Origin: an uncultured bacterium
Lineage (GTDB): Bacteria; Bacillota_I; Bacilli_A; RFN20; CAG-826
DNA length: 64,000 bases
Direction of reading: 5' to 3'
Assembly: GCA_949293255.1 (NCBI GenBank)
Contig: CASFCL010000001.1
Span: 1,082-65,081, forward strand
This document shows, piece by piece, positions 9,358-20,202 of the stretch. Made by a program: the position numbers and the translations under genes. How positions within the stretch are numbered: position 1 is the first letter of the stretch; every line of letters starts with the position of its first letter. The notes under the pieces are model-generated. The model did no database searches. It was not told the DNA's origin and saw nothing but the letters and a program-made list of their open reading frames with translations.

Positions 9358-11760
9358 ATGAGTTACAATCATAAAGAAATTGAGAGCAAATGGTCTAAAT
9401 ATTGGATTGAACATAAAGAGTATCGCTGCGATACATCAGATTTTTCAAAACCAAAATATTATGCTCTTGACATGTTCCCTTATCCTAGCGGACAAGGATT
9501 ACATGTCGGACATCCTGAAGGCTATACCGCAACTGATATAGTTTCAAGAATGAAAAGAATGCAAGGATATAATGTTTTACATCCAATTGGTTGGGATGCT
9601 TTTGGTCTTCCAGCTGAACAATATGCGATGAAAATGAACGAACATCCTGAATCTTTTACAATGAAAAATATTGATAACTTCAGAAGACAAATTCAAATGT
9701 TAGGTTTTTCTTATGATTATGACCGTGAAATTTTTACTTGTAAACCTGATTATTATCATTGGACTCAATGGATTTTTACTAGACTTTACGACCATAATTT
9801 AGCTTATGTAGATTATAAACCAGTTAACTGGTGTCCTGAACTTGGTACCGTTTTAGCAAATGAAGAAGTAATTGATGGAAAATCAGAAAGAGGTGGTTAT
9901 CCAGTCATCCGTAAACCAATGAGACAATGGATGTTAAAAATTACTGAATATGCTGATAGACTTGCCTCCGATTTGGAAGATTTAGATTGGCCAAAATCAA
10001 CAATTGAAATGCAAAGAAACTGGATTGGAAAATCAAAAGGTACCGAAATTATCTTTAAAATTGTTGATTCTAATGAAACTTTTACAGTTTTTACAACTAG
10101 AGCTGATACTTTATTTGGTTGTACTTATTGTTGTCTTGCTCCTGAACATCCACTTGTTAAAAGTTTAGTAGGTGAAGAATGTAAAGAAGCTGTCACAAAA
10201 TATATTGAAGAAGTTTCCCATAAATCAGATATTGAAAGAACTGGAACCAACCAAGAAAAAACAGGTGTATTTATTGGAAGATATGCAATTAATCCAATAA
10301 ATGGAAAGAAAATTCCTATTTATATAGCTGATTATGTTTTAGCAAGTTATGGAAGTGGAGCAGTTATGGCAGTTCCAGCTCATGATACAAGAGACTATGA
10401 ATTTGCTAAAAAACATGATTTAGAAATGATTCAAGTTTTAGAAGGAGATATTTCTGAAACTGCTTTTGTTGATGATGCAAAACATATTAATAGTGATTTC
10501 ATCAATGGAATGATGATTGATAAAGCAAAAGAAGCAGTCACTAATAAATTAATTGAATTAGGTGCTGGTAATTTTAAAATCAATTACAAATTAAGAGATT
10601 GGTTATTCTCAAGACAAAGATATTGGGGTGAACCAATTCCTGTTGTTAACTTTAATGATGGAACAATGGCAAGAATTAAAGATAGTGAATTACCTTTAGT
10701 TTTACCTGAACTTGATGAATATAAACCTTCAGGAACTGGAGAATCACCATTAGTTTATGCAACTGAATGGTTAAAAGTTAATGAAGGTGGAAAAGAAGGA
10801 GTTAGAGAAACTAACACTATGCCTCAATGGGCAGGAAGCTGTTGGTATTATCTTAGATATATTGATCCACATAATGATAAAGAAATTGGTGATAAGAAAT
10901 TATTAGATCACTGGCTTCCAGTTGATTTATATATCGGCGGACAAGAACATGCTGTTTTACACTTACTTTATGCTCGTTTCTGGCATAAATTCTTATATGA
11001 TATTGGAGTTGTTAGCTGCAAAGAACCATTCAAAAAATTATTCCATCAAGGCATGATTTTAGGTGAAAATGGTGAAAAAATGTCAAAATCTAGAGGAAAT
11101 GTCATTAATCCAGACCAAATTGTTAATGATTATGGTGCAGATTCGTTAAGATTATATGAAATGTTTATGGGACCTCTTGAAGCTTCATTACCTTGGTCAA
11201 ATAAAGGACTTGAAGGTGCCAGAAGATTTATTGAAAGAGTTTACCGTTTATTTGATGAAGAACAATTTGTTAGTAAATATAGTTATGTAAATAATGGAAA
11301 ATTAGATTACATTTATAACTTTACAGTTAAAAAAGTGACTGAAGATTTTGAAAATTTACAATTTAACACTGCAATTTCTCAAATGATGATTTTCATCAAC
11401 GAAGTTTATAAACAAGATCAAATTTATAAACCATATTTAGAAAATTTTGTTAAGATGTTTGCTTGTATTTGTCCATTTATCGGTGAAGAAATTTATCATA
11501 AACTTGGCCACGAAGAAACAATTACTTATGCAACTTGGCCTACTTTCGATGAAAGTAAATTAAAATTTGAAACAATCAAAATAGCAGTTCAAGTTAATGG
11601 AAAACTTAGAGATACAATTGAAATTGATATCGATAGTGATGAAGAAAGTGTCAAAGAGTTGGCACAAAATTCTGAAAATGTAAAAAGATTTACTGATGGA
11701 AAAACCATCAAAAAGATAATTTACGTTAAAAACAAAATCGTAAATATTGTTGCAATTTAA
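9358..11760 (+). CDS. leuS: leucyl-tRNA synthetase
   Basis: HVGHPEGY (HIGH) and KMSKS motifs; 801 aa from the ATG at 9358, which has a GGAGGT RBS. The track start at 9328 lies inside the T-box terminator U-tract. Confidence 0.95.
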   Translation: MSYNHKEIESKWSKYWIEHKEYRCDTSDFSKPKYYALDMFPYPSGQGLHVGHPEGYTATDIVSRMKRMQGYNVLHPIGWDAFGLPAEQYAMKMNEHPESFTMKNIDNFRRQIQMLGFSYDYDREIFTCKPDYYHWTQWIFTRLYDHNLAYVDYKPVNWCPELGTVLANEEVIDGKSERGGYPVIRKPMRQWMLKITEYADRLASDLEDLDWPKSTIEMQRNWIGKSKGTEIIFKIVDSNETFTVFTTRADTLFGCTYCCLAPEHPLVKSLVGEECKEAVTKYIEEVSHKSDIERTGTNQEKTGVFIGRYAINPINGKKIPIYIADYVLASYGSGAVMAVPAHDTRDYEFAKKHDLEMIQVLEGDISETAFVDDAKHINSDFINGMMIDKAKEAVTNKLIELGAGNFKINYKLRDWLFSRQRYWGEPIPVVNFNDGTMARIKDSELPLVLPELDEYKPSGTGESPLVYATEWLKVNEGGKEGVRETNTMPQWAGSCWYYLRYIDPHNDKEIGDKKLLDHWLPVDLYIGGQEHAVLHLLYARFWHKFLYDIGVVSCKEPFKKLFHQGMILGENGEKMSKSRGNVINPDQIVNDYGADSLRLYEMFMGPLEASLPWSNKGLEGARRFIERVYRLFDEEQFVSKYSYVNNGKLDYIYNFTVKKVTEDFENLQFNTAISQMMIFINEVYKQDQIYKPYLENFVKMFACICPFIGEEIYHKLGHEETITYATWPTFDESKLKFETIKIAVQVNGKLRDTIEIDIDSDEESVKELAQNSENVKRFTDGKTIKKIIYVKNKIVNIVAI

Positions 11761-11831
11761 TCAAAAAATATATTAAATATTATCGTTTTACAACACGATA
11801 CCTTATTTATAAGGATTGTAGGAGGTAGAAT

Positions 11832-12587
11832 ATGATTTTATGTGTAGATATTGGAAACACTTCTATTAAGTGTGGATTTTATGATGATGAAAAAATGGTC
11901 GATTTTTTCGCCATTGATTCATCAAGAGAAAGAAGTTCATACCAATATAGTGCAATTTTAAACACTTTTATAAAAGATAGTTTTGAAATTGATGGAGCTA
12001 TAATTTCAAGTGTTGTCCCTTCTTTAACAACGACTTTAAAACTTGCTTTACAAAGTTTTGTTAAAGGAAAAATTTTAATTTTAAATAAAAATTTAAAGAC
12101 AAAATTACCAATCAAAATTGATAATCCTAATGAACTTGGAAGCGATCTTTTAGCAGGAGCAATTGGAGCAAAAATGAAATATGAGCCTCCTTTTGTTGTC
12201 GCTGATTTAGGAACAGCAACTAAACTTTATGTTGTTTCAAAAGAAGGATTTTTTATTGGTGTAATTATTGGAGCAGGAATGGATGTATCTTTAAAAGCTT
12301 TAGTTGATAAGACATCTTTGCTTTTAGAAACACCTTTAGAAGCACCTTCAAAAATTATAGGAAAAAATACTAAAGATTCGATCCAATCGGGAATTGTCTA
12401 TGGTCAAGCTTACATGATTAGTGAGTTTGCTAGAAGAATTGAAAATGAACTTGGATATAAACTCACAAGAGTTTTAACAGGTGGATTTTCAAATATTATT
12501 AAACAAGAAGTGGTTTGTTTTAACCATGAACCAAATCTTGTTTTAGATGGTTTATACCATATTTATAAAATGAATATTGAGAGGTAG
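11832..12587 (+). CDS. coaX: type III pantothenate kinase
   Basis: MILCVDIGNTSIKCGFY N-terminus and ASKHA-fold length (251 aa) typical of CoaX/Bvg accessory factor family. GGAGG RBS. Confidence 0.85.
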   Translation: MILCVDIGNTSIKCGFYDDEKMVDFFAIDSSRERSSYQYSAILNTFIKDSFEIDGAIISSVVPSLTTTLKLALQSFVKGKILILNKNLKTKLPIKIDNPNELGSDLLAGAIGAKMKYEPPFVVADLGTATKLYVVSKEGFFIGVIIGAGMDVSLKALVDKTSLLLETPLEAPSKIIGKNTKDSIQSGIVYGQAYMISEFARRIENELGYKLTRVLTGGFSNIIKQEVVCFNHEPNLVLDGLYHIYKMNIER

Positions 12588-12589
12588 TT

Positions 12590-13240
12590 ATGAATAGAAA
12601 ATTTATAAAAGAAATTGTTATTGATGCATTATTTTTAGCTTTAATTGTTATTTTTTCATATGTTCCATATATTGGTTTAATTACAATTGGACCAATTTCT
12701 TTTACAACAATTCATTTAATTGTTTTAATTGCAGGAGTTTTATTTGGAACTAAAAAAGGAACTTTAGTAGGATTCTTTTTTGGATTGTTTTCACTTTTTG
12801 TTGCTTTAACTAGACCTGGAACTTTTGATTATTTTTGTATAAATCCATTTATTTCAATTTTACCTAGAGTATTATTTGGATTTTTGAGCGGTTTTATATT
12901 TGATTTAATTAAAAAATATGTTAAAGAGAAAACTTTCTATCTCATTTGTGGACCAGTTGCTTTTGGATTAACTTTAGTTCATACAACATTATTCTTATTA
13001 TCTTTATATTTATTTGGATTTATTGATATTTTAGGAATCTCAGGAGCAATGGGATTAACAAGTTTAATTGAAGGTGATGCAAATTCAGTATTTATTTCTT
13101 TAATTTCTTGGTTACTTATTGCTGGAGCTTTAGTTGAAGCAGGAGTTGCTTTTGTTGTTACTCCACTTGCTTATAAAGCTCTTAATAAAGTTGGATATAA
13201 ATATCCTGTCAAAGAACCAAAAGAAGTCGCAACTGAATAA
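12590..13240 (+). CDS. ECF transporter S component (candidate pantothenate-specific PanT)
   Basis: 216 aa, about 6 predicted TM helices, small hydrophobic S-component architecture. Start is 3 nt after the coaX stop. Confidence 0.55.
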   Translation: MNRKFIKEIVIDALFLALIVIFSYVPYIGLITIGPISFTTIHLIVLIAGVLFGTKKGTLVGFFFGLFSLFVALTRPGTFDYFCINPFISILPRVLFGFLSGFIFDLIKKYVKEKTFYLICGPVAFGLTLVHTTLFLLSLYLFGFIDILGISGAMGLTSLIEGDANSVFISLISWLLIAGALVEAGVAFVVTPLAYKALNKVGYKYPVKEPKEVATE

Positions 13241-13316
13241 TTTTTTATCCTATAAATAGGAAATTAAGTCAAATTATGATACGATATTTAAGGTTTGAAT
13301 AGAAAGAAGGCTATTT

Positions 13317-14675
13317 ATGATTGATTTTAAAAAGATATGTGAACCTTATAAAGAAATTGCATTAAAAACACTTGTTGAAAACATTAAAATTGATAGTGTT
13401 TATGATGAAAAAACAATTTCAAAAGATGCTCCTTATGGAATTGGAGTTAGAAAATGTTTTGATTATTTAAAAGATTTAGCTTTAAAAGATGGCTTTGATA
13501 TCGATACCTGCGACAATAGATGTTTAGAAATTTCTTATGGAAAAGGAGAAACATTAGTCGGAATTTTTGCTCATCAAGATGTTGTCCCTGTAAATGGTGT
13601 TTGGAAACATGAACCATTTGGTGCTGAAATTGAAGATGAAGTTTTATATGGAAGAGGAACAAGTGACGATAAAGGTCCTGGAATTAGTGCATACTATGCT
13701 TTAAAAGCTTTAAAAGACAATGGTTTAATTAAAGGCTATAGAGTTAGACTTGTTTTTGGTGGAGATGAAGAAAGAGGTTCTTCATGTTTAAAATATTATT
13801 TTGATGATTTAAAGAAAGAACAACCTACCTATGGATTTACTCCAGATGGAGATTTCCCTCTTATTTATGGAGAAAAAGGTATCTGTGATTATGAATATAG
13901 AGGTAACATCATCCTCAATGAAAACATTATGAAAATTGAAGCAGGTACTGCTTCAAATTCAGTCATCGATGAAGCTTTTGTAACTTTAAAAAATATTGAT
14001 GAAATGGTATCTTTTTTAGAAAACCATCCAGAAATTAAATATGAAAAAGTTAATGAAAATACTTTAAAAATTATTGGAAAACCAGCTCATGGATCAATTC
14101 CTGAACTTGGTATAAATGCTGGAATTATTCTTTTAGGAGCTTTAGGTGAAGTTTATAATGAACCAGTTTTAACTCTCCTTTGTAATGAATATATTCAAAG
14201 CGATGGAACAAATATTTATTCAAAATATTCATCTAAAAATTTAGGAGCAACAACCTATAATGTTGGAATTATTAACTATGAAAACGGAATGTTTAAAATG
14301 GTTGTCAATTTTAGATATCCTGAAACAGTAAATTCAACTGAAGTTGTTAATAAAATTCAAACATATTCACCTTTACCAATCTACATTTTAAAAGACAATT
14401 CATATTTATATTATGATCCAGAAACTACTCCATTTATTCAAACTTTAGCTAGAATTTATGAAGAAGAAACTGGTGATAAAGTTAATAAAATGATGACAAT
14501 TGGTGGCGGAACTTATGCAAAAGAAGCAAAAAATACTGTTGCTTTTGGAAGTCACTTCCCTGGAAAAGAAGACCATATTCATGGAGCTGATGAAAAAATA
14601 GATTTAGAAGATTTTTATGGTTCAATGCCTTTATATGCTAGAGCCATCTATGAATTAGGCAATTTAAAGAAATGA
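13317..14675 (+). CDS. pepV: M20 family dipeptidase (PepV / Sapep-like)
   Basis: AHQDVVPV and GRGTSDDKGPG metal-binding motifs of M20 dipeptidases; 452 aa. Confidence 0.8.
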   Translation: MIDFKKICEPYKEIALKTLVENIKIDSVYDEKTISKDAPYGIGVRKCFDYLKDLALKDGFDIDTCDNRCLEISYGKGETLVGIFAHQDVVPVNGVWKHEPFGAEIEDEVLYGRGTSDDKGPGISAYYALKALKDNGLIKGYRVRLVFGGDEERGSSCLKYYFDDLKKEQPTYGFTPDGDFPLIYGEKGICDYEYRGNIILNENIMKIEAGTASNSVIDEAFVTLKNIDEMVSFLENHPEIKYEKVNENTLKIIGKPAHGSIPELGINAGIILLGALGEVYNEPVLTLLCNEYIQSDGTNIYSKYSSKNLGATTYNVGIINYENGMFKMVVNFRYPETVNSTEVVNKIQTYSPLPIYILKDNSYLYYDPETTPFIQTLARIYEEETGDKVNKMMTIGGGTYAKEAKNTVAFGSHFPGKEDHIHGADEKIDLEDFYGSMPLYARAIYELGNLKK

Positions 14676-15337
14676 GAACAAAGTTTAAATTTTGGGCAGT
14701 CGAATATTTAAAAAACAACTTAAAAAATCAATTTGTAATTGATTCTTTTAATGAAGAAGAATTTAATAAATTTATTAGTTCTAAGCCTACTTTTTTAGAA
14801 ATTGGACCTGGAAAAGGTAAATTTATAATCGAAATCGCGAAAAAATTCCCAAATTATAATTTTTTAGTCGTCGAACTTAATCAAACAATTGCTGGAATGT
14901 GTCTTAAAGCAATTGATGATAACGAATTAACAAATGTTAAATTAGTTGGAGATAATTTTTATAAGCTCATTCCTTTATTAAAGGATAATAAATTTGACGG
15001 ATTATTTTTAAATTTCTCCGATCCATGGCCAAAAAAGAGACATGAAAAAAGAAGATTAACATCCGATCAATTTTTAGATGCTTATAAACAAATTATTAAA
15101 CTCAATCATTTTATTTATTATAAAACTGACAATTTAGATTTCTTTAATTATTCTTTAGAACAATTTCAAAAGCATAATTTTGAAATTGTTTATCAAAATA
15201 ACGATTATCAAGAGGATGAAGAATTTGATGCAATGACTGAATTTGAAGAAAGATATAGGGGTCAAGGCATTAAAATTAATCGACTTGTATTAAAAATTAA
15301 TGAAAAAACTTTAAAAACGGGAGGAAATGAAGAATGA
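14672..15337 (+). CDS. trmB: tRNA (guanine46-N7)-methyltransferase
   Basis: FLEIGPGKGKF SAM-binding motif and FSDPWPKKRHEKRRL motif. ATGA overlap with pepV. Confidence 0.85.
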   Translation: MRTKFKFWAVEYLKNNLKNQFVIDSFNEEEFNKFISSKPTFLEIGPGKGKFIIEIAKKFPNYNFLVVELNQTIAGMCLKAIDDNELTNVKLVGDNFYKLIPLLKDNKFDGLFLNFSDPWPKKRHEKRRLTSDQFLDAYKQIIKLNHFIYYKTDNLDFFNYSLEQFQKHNFEIVYQNNDYQEDEEFDAMTEFEERYRGQGIKINRLVLKINEKTLKTGGNEE

Positions 15338-15942
15338 GATATGCACTTTATTATAACTACAAAATAATTGGTGATGTTTTAATGGTCGTTTTTGATTCAA
15401 ATTCATATCCAGACACTGTTAAAACTGTTAATAATGTAACTGCTCTTTATAAAGAAGATCAAATTATTGGTTACAATATCTTTAATATCTCAAAAACTTT
15501 AAAAATTCATGCTGATGGATTTATTCCTTTAATTGATAAAAAAGTTTTAGAAGTTATCAATTCAATTTTAGTAAATGAAGGTTTTGAACAATTAGAATAT
15601 CAAAATGATAGTGGCTTTGTAGTTGGCGAAATTATTTATATGGAAGAACATCCAGATAGTGAGCATCTTCATATTTGTAAAGTTAACATCGGAAAAGAAG
15701 AACCACTTCAAATTGTTTGTGGATCTTACAATGCTAAAGTTGGTATCAAAGTTGTTTGTGCAACTTTATATACATTTATGCCAAGTGGAAAGCAAATTTT
15801 ACCTTCAAAATTATTAAATGTTCCTTCTTTTGGAATGCTTTGTAGTGGTAGAGAACTTGCTCTTCCAGGGTATGAAAATATCAAAGGACTTTATATCCTT
15901 GATGACACCTATAATATTGGTGATGATTTCTTCAAAATTTAA
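15334..15942 (+). CDS. ytpR: tRNA-binding domain protein YtpR family
   Basis: C-terminal EMAP/CsaA-type tRNA-binding OB fold (EEHPDSEHLHICKVNIGKEEPLQIVCG). 202 aa; overlaps the trmB stop. Confidence 0.7.
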   Translation: MRYALYYNYKIIGDVLMVVFDSNSYPDTVKTVNNVTALYKEDQIIGYNIFNISKTLKIHADGFIPLIDKKVLEVINSILVNEGFEQLEYQNDSGFVVGEIIYMEEHPDSEHLHICKVNIGKEEPLQIVCGSYNAKVGIKVVCATLYTFMPSGKQILPSKLLNVPSFGMLCSGRELALPGYENIKGLYILDDTYNIGDDFFKI

Positions 15943-15972
15943 AAAAATTACATTATATTTACAATTTGAGAA

Positions 15973-15998
15973 AGTTCCGATTGCTTCGGAACTTTTTT
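15973..15998 (+). terminator. rho-independent terminator after ytpR
   Basis: 8-bp stem agttccga/tcggaact with a 5-nt loop, followed by TTTTTT. Confidence 0.6.
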
Positions 15999-16095
15999 AA
16001 TATTTTTTAACACAATAAAAAATTTTTAGAAAAAATTTTCATAATTTTTACACAAATTTTTCAAATATGATATTATATATTTTGAGGACTAAATT

Positions 16096-17094
16096 ATGGA
16101 CAACTTAAAAGAAAGAGTAACGATTTATGAAGTCGCTAAAGCAAGTGGTGTATCCCTTGCTACCGTTTCAAGAGTCATTAATAACTCATCAACCGTTAAA
16201 GAAGAAACAAAAAAGAAAGTTATGAGCGTTATTAAAAAACTTGGCTATAAACCAAGCGGATTAGCTCAAGCTTTAGCAACCAACAAAACTACAAACATCG
16301 GTGTAATTATTCCTAGTGCAAACTACGTTTACATTTCAAACATGTTAAATGGTATTACTGAAGTTTGTAAGAATAGAGGATTTAGTGTTTCTTTATATAC
16401 AACAGCTCATTCAAGAGAAGATGCATCAGTTTGCTTAGAAAGAGTCATTAAATCACACGTTGATGGAGTTATTGTTTTCGATGATGAACTTAATGATGAA
16501 GATTTAGAAATCTTTAGTAATTATTCTGTTCCAGTTTTAGCTATTAATAATAGTATTAATGGTGAAAAGAATGGATCAATTGCTTTTGGTTATGAACATT
16601 TATTTAAAAAGATTATTCAAGATTACTTTATCAAAGGTGATAAAGATATAACATTCCTTCATGTTCATAACGCAGGTAGATTACTTAGAAGAATTGAAAA
16701 TGTTTTCATTAAAACCAGTTTAGAAGCTGATAAAGAATATAACATCATGAACTGTGATGATTCTTATACAAGAACCTATCATGACTTCATGGAAATCTTT
16801 AAACAAAAACGTAAAATGTATGTCATTGCATATCGTGATTCAATTGCAGCAGCAGTACTTAATGCCGCAACTGATAGTGGGCTTTCTACACCAGATGATG
16901 TTGAAGTTTTATCAATAATTGGAACCAAATATTCTTCAATTATTAGACCACAAATTTCAGCAATGCACATCGACATGCAAGAGGTTGGAAGACGTGCAGT
17001 TTATATGTTGATTGACTTAATTGAAGACAGATTATTTGAAAGACAATATAAATTTGAAAGCGTCTATGTTAAAAGAGATTCAACAAAATATTAG
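16096..17094 (+). CDS. LacI family transcriptional regulator
   Basis: N-terminal HTH VTIYEVAKASGVSLATVSRVINN followed by a periplasmic-binding-protein-like sugar-binding core. Confidence 0.85.
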   Translation: MDNLKERVTIYEVAKASGVSLATVSRVINNSSTVKEETKKKVMSVIKKLGYKPSGLAQALATNKTTNIGVIIPSANYVYISNMLNGITEVCKNRGFSVSLYTTAHSREDASVCLERVIKSHVDGVIVFDDELNDEDLEIFSNYSVPVLAINNSINGEKNGSIAFGYEHLFKKIIQDYFIKGDKDITFLHVHNAGRLLRRIENVFIKTSLEADKEYNIMNCDDSYTRTYHDFMEIFKQKRKMYVIAYRDSIAAAVLNAATDSGLSTPDDVEVLSIIGTKYSSIIRPQISAMHIDMQEVGRRAVYMLIDLIEDRLFERQYKFESVYVKRDSTKY

Positions 17095-17124
17095 GAAAAT
17101 TTTTAAAAAATATAGGAGTTTAGC

Positions 17125-17835
17125 ATGGATATTTACGATAATTTCATTAGAAGCGTTATTGATTACCCAATCAAAGGAATTAATTTTAGAGACATCAGTT
17201 TACTTTTGACTGACGGCGATGCATTCCACCAAGTCATCATGGATATGAACAAAGAATTACCTTCATATGACAAGTGGGATAAGATTATTGCAGCTGAAAG
17301 TAGAGGCTTTATTTTTGCCGCTCCACTTTGTGCAATCAATTCAAAAGGATTAGTAATTGCTAGAAAACCAGGCAAGTTACCACTCGTTGGTTATAGAGAA
17401 TCTTATGATTTAGAATATGGAAAAGCTACCATTGAAATTCCTAAAGATGCAATCAAACCAGGCGAAAGAGTTATCATTTTAGATGATTTAATTGCAACTG
17501 GAGGCAGTGCTAAAGCAATGGTTGATCTTGTTAAACAAGCTGGTGGAATTCCAATCATGGGATTATTCTTAATCGAACTTAGAAGTTTACAAGGTTATAA
17601 AAAATTAGGCATCCCAGTTGTTAGTATTGTAAATTATGGATTACATGTTGGCGATTTACTTCAACTTGAAAATGCAAAAGGAAACATTGGAAAATTTGTT
17701 GAAAAAGTAAGCGAAGATCAACTTAAAGTTCAATACGAAAATAAAGAAGAGGAAGTCGTTAATAAATCTCAAATTGTTAGTATTGTTCAAGTTGAGAAAA
17801 ATGGACGCCTTACTTACATTAAATATAGAGACTAA
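17125..17835 (+). CDS. apt: adenine phosphoribosyltransferase with ~60-aa C-terminal extension
   Basis: PRTase motif VIILDDLIATGGSAKAM and Apt N-terminus IKGINFRDIS. 236 aa, against about 170-180 aa for typical Apt. Confidence 0.8.
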   Translation: MDIYDNFIRSVIDYPIKGINFRDISLLLTDGDAFHQVIMDMNKELPSYDKWDKIIAAESRGFIFAAPLCAINSKGLVIARKPGKLPLVGYRESYDLEYGKATIEIPKDAIKPGERVIILDDLIATGGSAKAMVDLVKQAGGIPIMGLFLIELRSLQGYKKLGIPVVSIVNYGLHVGDLLQLENAKGNIGKFVEKVSEDQLKVQYENKEEEVVNKSQIVSIVQVEKNGRLTYIKYRD

Positions 17836-17878
17836 TTTTACATTTAATTAATTTATATATATAAGAAAGGATTAATTT

Positions 17879-19138
17879 ATGATTGATATTATCGATGATT
17901 TAAATTATCGTGGTTTAATTAAGGATTATTCAAACGAAGAAGAGATGAAAAAATTACTTTCAGCTCCTCAAACTATTTATTGTGGATTTGATCCATCTGC
18001 TTCAAGCATGCATATTGGAAATTTTGTCATGATTTCTATTTTAATGCGTCTTCAAAGAGCTGGTCATAGAATTATTGCTGTTGCTGGAGGAGCAACTGGA
18101 ATGATTGGTGATCCAAGTGGAAAAAGTAAAGAAAGAAATCTTTTAACAGTAGAAGATGTCAATAGAAACTGTGAAGCAATTAAAAATCAACTTTCACACT
18201 TTTTAGATTTAGATGATCCTAAAAAAGGTATTCTTTTAAATAACTATGATTGGTTATCAAAATTATCTTTACTTGATTATTTAAGAGATTATGCAAAATT
18301 CTTTAATATCAATTATATGTTAAATAAAGATATTATTTCTTCACGTTTAGAAAATGGAATTTCATTAACTGAATTTTCATATATGACTCTTCAATCAATT
18401 GACTTTTTAAAACTTCATGATGATTTTGGATGCAACATTCAAATCGGTGGAAGTGATCAATGGGGCAATCTTACAGCTGGTCTTGATTTAATTAGAAAAG
18501 TTAGAGGAAGTGAAGAAAAAGTTGAATGTATGACCGCTCATCTTATCACAAGAAGTGATGGTAAAAAATTTGGTAAAAGTGAAGATGGTGCACTCTTTTT
18601 AGACCCAGCTTTAACTAGCCCATATAAGCTTTATCAATTCTTCTACAATCAAACCGATGAAGATGCAATTAAATACTTAAAAGTCTTCACATTTTTATCA
18701 AAAGATGAAATTGAAGCAATCGCTAAAGAACACTATGCAAATTTAGGCCAAAGAATTGGCCAAAAAGCACTCGCTTATGAGGTTACAAAAACAATTCATG
18801 GAGAAGAAAAAGCAGTTGAAGCACGTGAAATGTCGCTTGCTTTATTTTCATCAGATTTTTCAAAATTGAGCAAAGAAGCCTTTGAAGAATTATTCAAAAA
18901 CTACTTAATTGAAATCAAAATCGACGCAAAACCCCTAGAAAATATTCTTTTAGAAGCAAAAGTAGGAAGTTCAAAAAGAGAAATTAGAGAGTTCTTAAAA
19001 AATGGTGCAATTTCAATTAATGGTGAAAAAGAATCCGATGGAAGTAAATTTTACACTGTCAAAAATTTAATTTTTAATGAATATCTTTTAATAAAAAGAG
19101 GCAAGAAGAATTACTACCTTGTAAAAGTTACTGATTAA
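17879..19138 (+). CDS. tyrS: tyrosyl-tRNA synthetase
   Basis: HIGN (HIGH) and KFGKS (KMSKS) motifs; C-terminal S4-like domain; 419 aa. Confidence 0.95.
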   Translation: MIDIIDDLNYRGLIKDYSNEEEMKKLLSAPQTIYCGFDPSASSMHIGNFVMISILMRLQRAGHRIIAVAGGATGMIGDPSGKSKERNLLTVEDVNRNCEAIKNQLSHFLDLDDPKKGILLNNYDWLSKLSLLDYLRDYAKFFNINYMLNKDIISSRLENGISLTEFSYMTLQSIDFLKLHDDFGCNIQIGGSDQWGNLTAGLDLIRKVRGSEEKVECMTAHLITRSDGKKFGKSEDGALFLDPALTSPYKLYQFFYNQTDEDAIKYLKVFTFLSKDEIEAIAKEHYANLGQRIGQKALAYEVTKTIHGEEKAVEAREMSLALFSSDFSKLSKEAFEELFKNYLIEIKIDAKPLENILLEAKVGSSKREIREFLKNGAISINGEKESDGSKFYTVKNLIFNEYLLIKRGKKNYYLVKVTD

Positions 19139-19261
19139 TAATTCTATTTTTTGAGAAAATAATAAAAAAGACTACCAAACTTAAATATTTTTGAAAAAAA
19201 CTATATTTTTTTCTTTATTTTTTTTAATGCATAGAATAAAATAATTAGGAAAGGGAAATTT

Positions 19262-20137
19262 ATGCTTGTACAGATAATTGATCAGTATCCAATCCAAGAC
19301 ATAATTGTTATTCTATTTGTACTTTTAGGTGTTTTAATTGGTGCCTGCCAAGGCTTACTTAGAAAATTACATAGAATGGTTATTTTGGTGGCCGTTTTCT
19401 TAATTATCTACTTTATTTTTAGTGGTATTTTAAGCGATCGGATAAGGTACAATTCATTAGCTGATTTCAATTTTGTTTTATCATTTACCTACGAAAACAT
19501 AACTTTTGAGGTCTATTCTGTAGAAGATTTATTTGTTCTTTTTCAAAATTTAGGAGTTGATAGTGGACTATTAAAAATGACTTGTGAGGGACTTTGCGAT
19601 GCATTGTCTTTTGCTATTTTATTTATAGTGTCTATCTTCTTATCAACGTTTATCAGTTGGATATTATTCGACTTAATATTCAAACATATCTTTCCTCAAA
19701 GTTGGGTTAAAGGTGGCCTTCTTAAAAGAATACTTGGTGCTTTACTTGGAGGAGTTGAATGGCTTGCAATTTTAGTCGTAATATCTGTAGCTTTAGGTAG
19801 TATTACCGGCGGCTTAAATGAAGTTGTCGTACCTGAACTTCAAGATCCAAATTCAGGAGTTGCTCAACTTATAACTTCCTTTGGTGGAGTTGATGCTTCA
19901 ATGCTTGAAAATATTGCATCTTACATGCAAATTGCTAGTGGAATTTTAAGCCCAGTAAGTGACAAAGCAACAATCATTCCAAATATCGTTGGATTATTCA
20001 AAGATATGAATCTTGATTTATTGAAATTATTTAGTGGAGGATCATACAATTCTTCAAATGAACTTGTTGAATCTTCACTTTACGATGGAATGGTTACATT
20101 CTGGAATGAAATTCGTCAGATAGCATCAAAAATTTAG
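19262..20137 (+). CDS. CvpA-family-like integral membrane protein with C-terminal extension
   Basis: N-terminal part (IIVILFVLLGVLIGACQGLLRKLHRMVILVAVFLII..) resembles colicin V production protein CvpA. 4 or more TM helices; 291 aa. Confidence 0.45.
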   Translation: MLVQIIDQYPIQDIIVILFVLLGVLIGACQGLLRKLHRMVILVAVFLIIYFIFSGILSDRIRYNSLADFNFVLSFTYENITFEVYSVEDLFVLFQNLGVDSGLLKMTCEGLCDALSFAILFIVSIFLSTFISWILFDLIFKHIFPQSWVKGGLLKRILGALLGGVEWLAILVVISVALGSITGGLNEVVVPELQDPNSGVAQLITSFGGVDASMLENIASYMQIASGILSPVSDKATIIPNIVGLFKDMNLDLLKLFSGGSYNSSNELVESSLYDGMVTFWNEIRQIASKI

Positions 20138-20202
20138 GATATTTAAACTCCTATTTATCTTATATATTAGGAGAATGAATATAGATTTAAGGGGGATTCT
20201 TT

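Noticed and set aside
15623-16000. Two small + strand ORFs (64 and 60 aa) overlapping the 3' half of ytpR and the terminator
   Set aside because: Alternate frame of ytpR. The second runs through the terminator hairpin; no RBS.
17021-17209. 62-aa ORF bridging the LacI 3' end and the apt 5' end
   Set aside because: Out of frame with both flanking genes and overlaps the apt RBS; no support.
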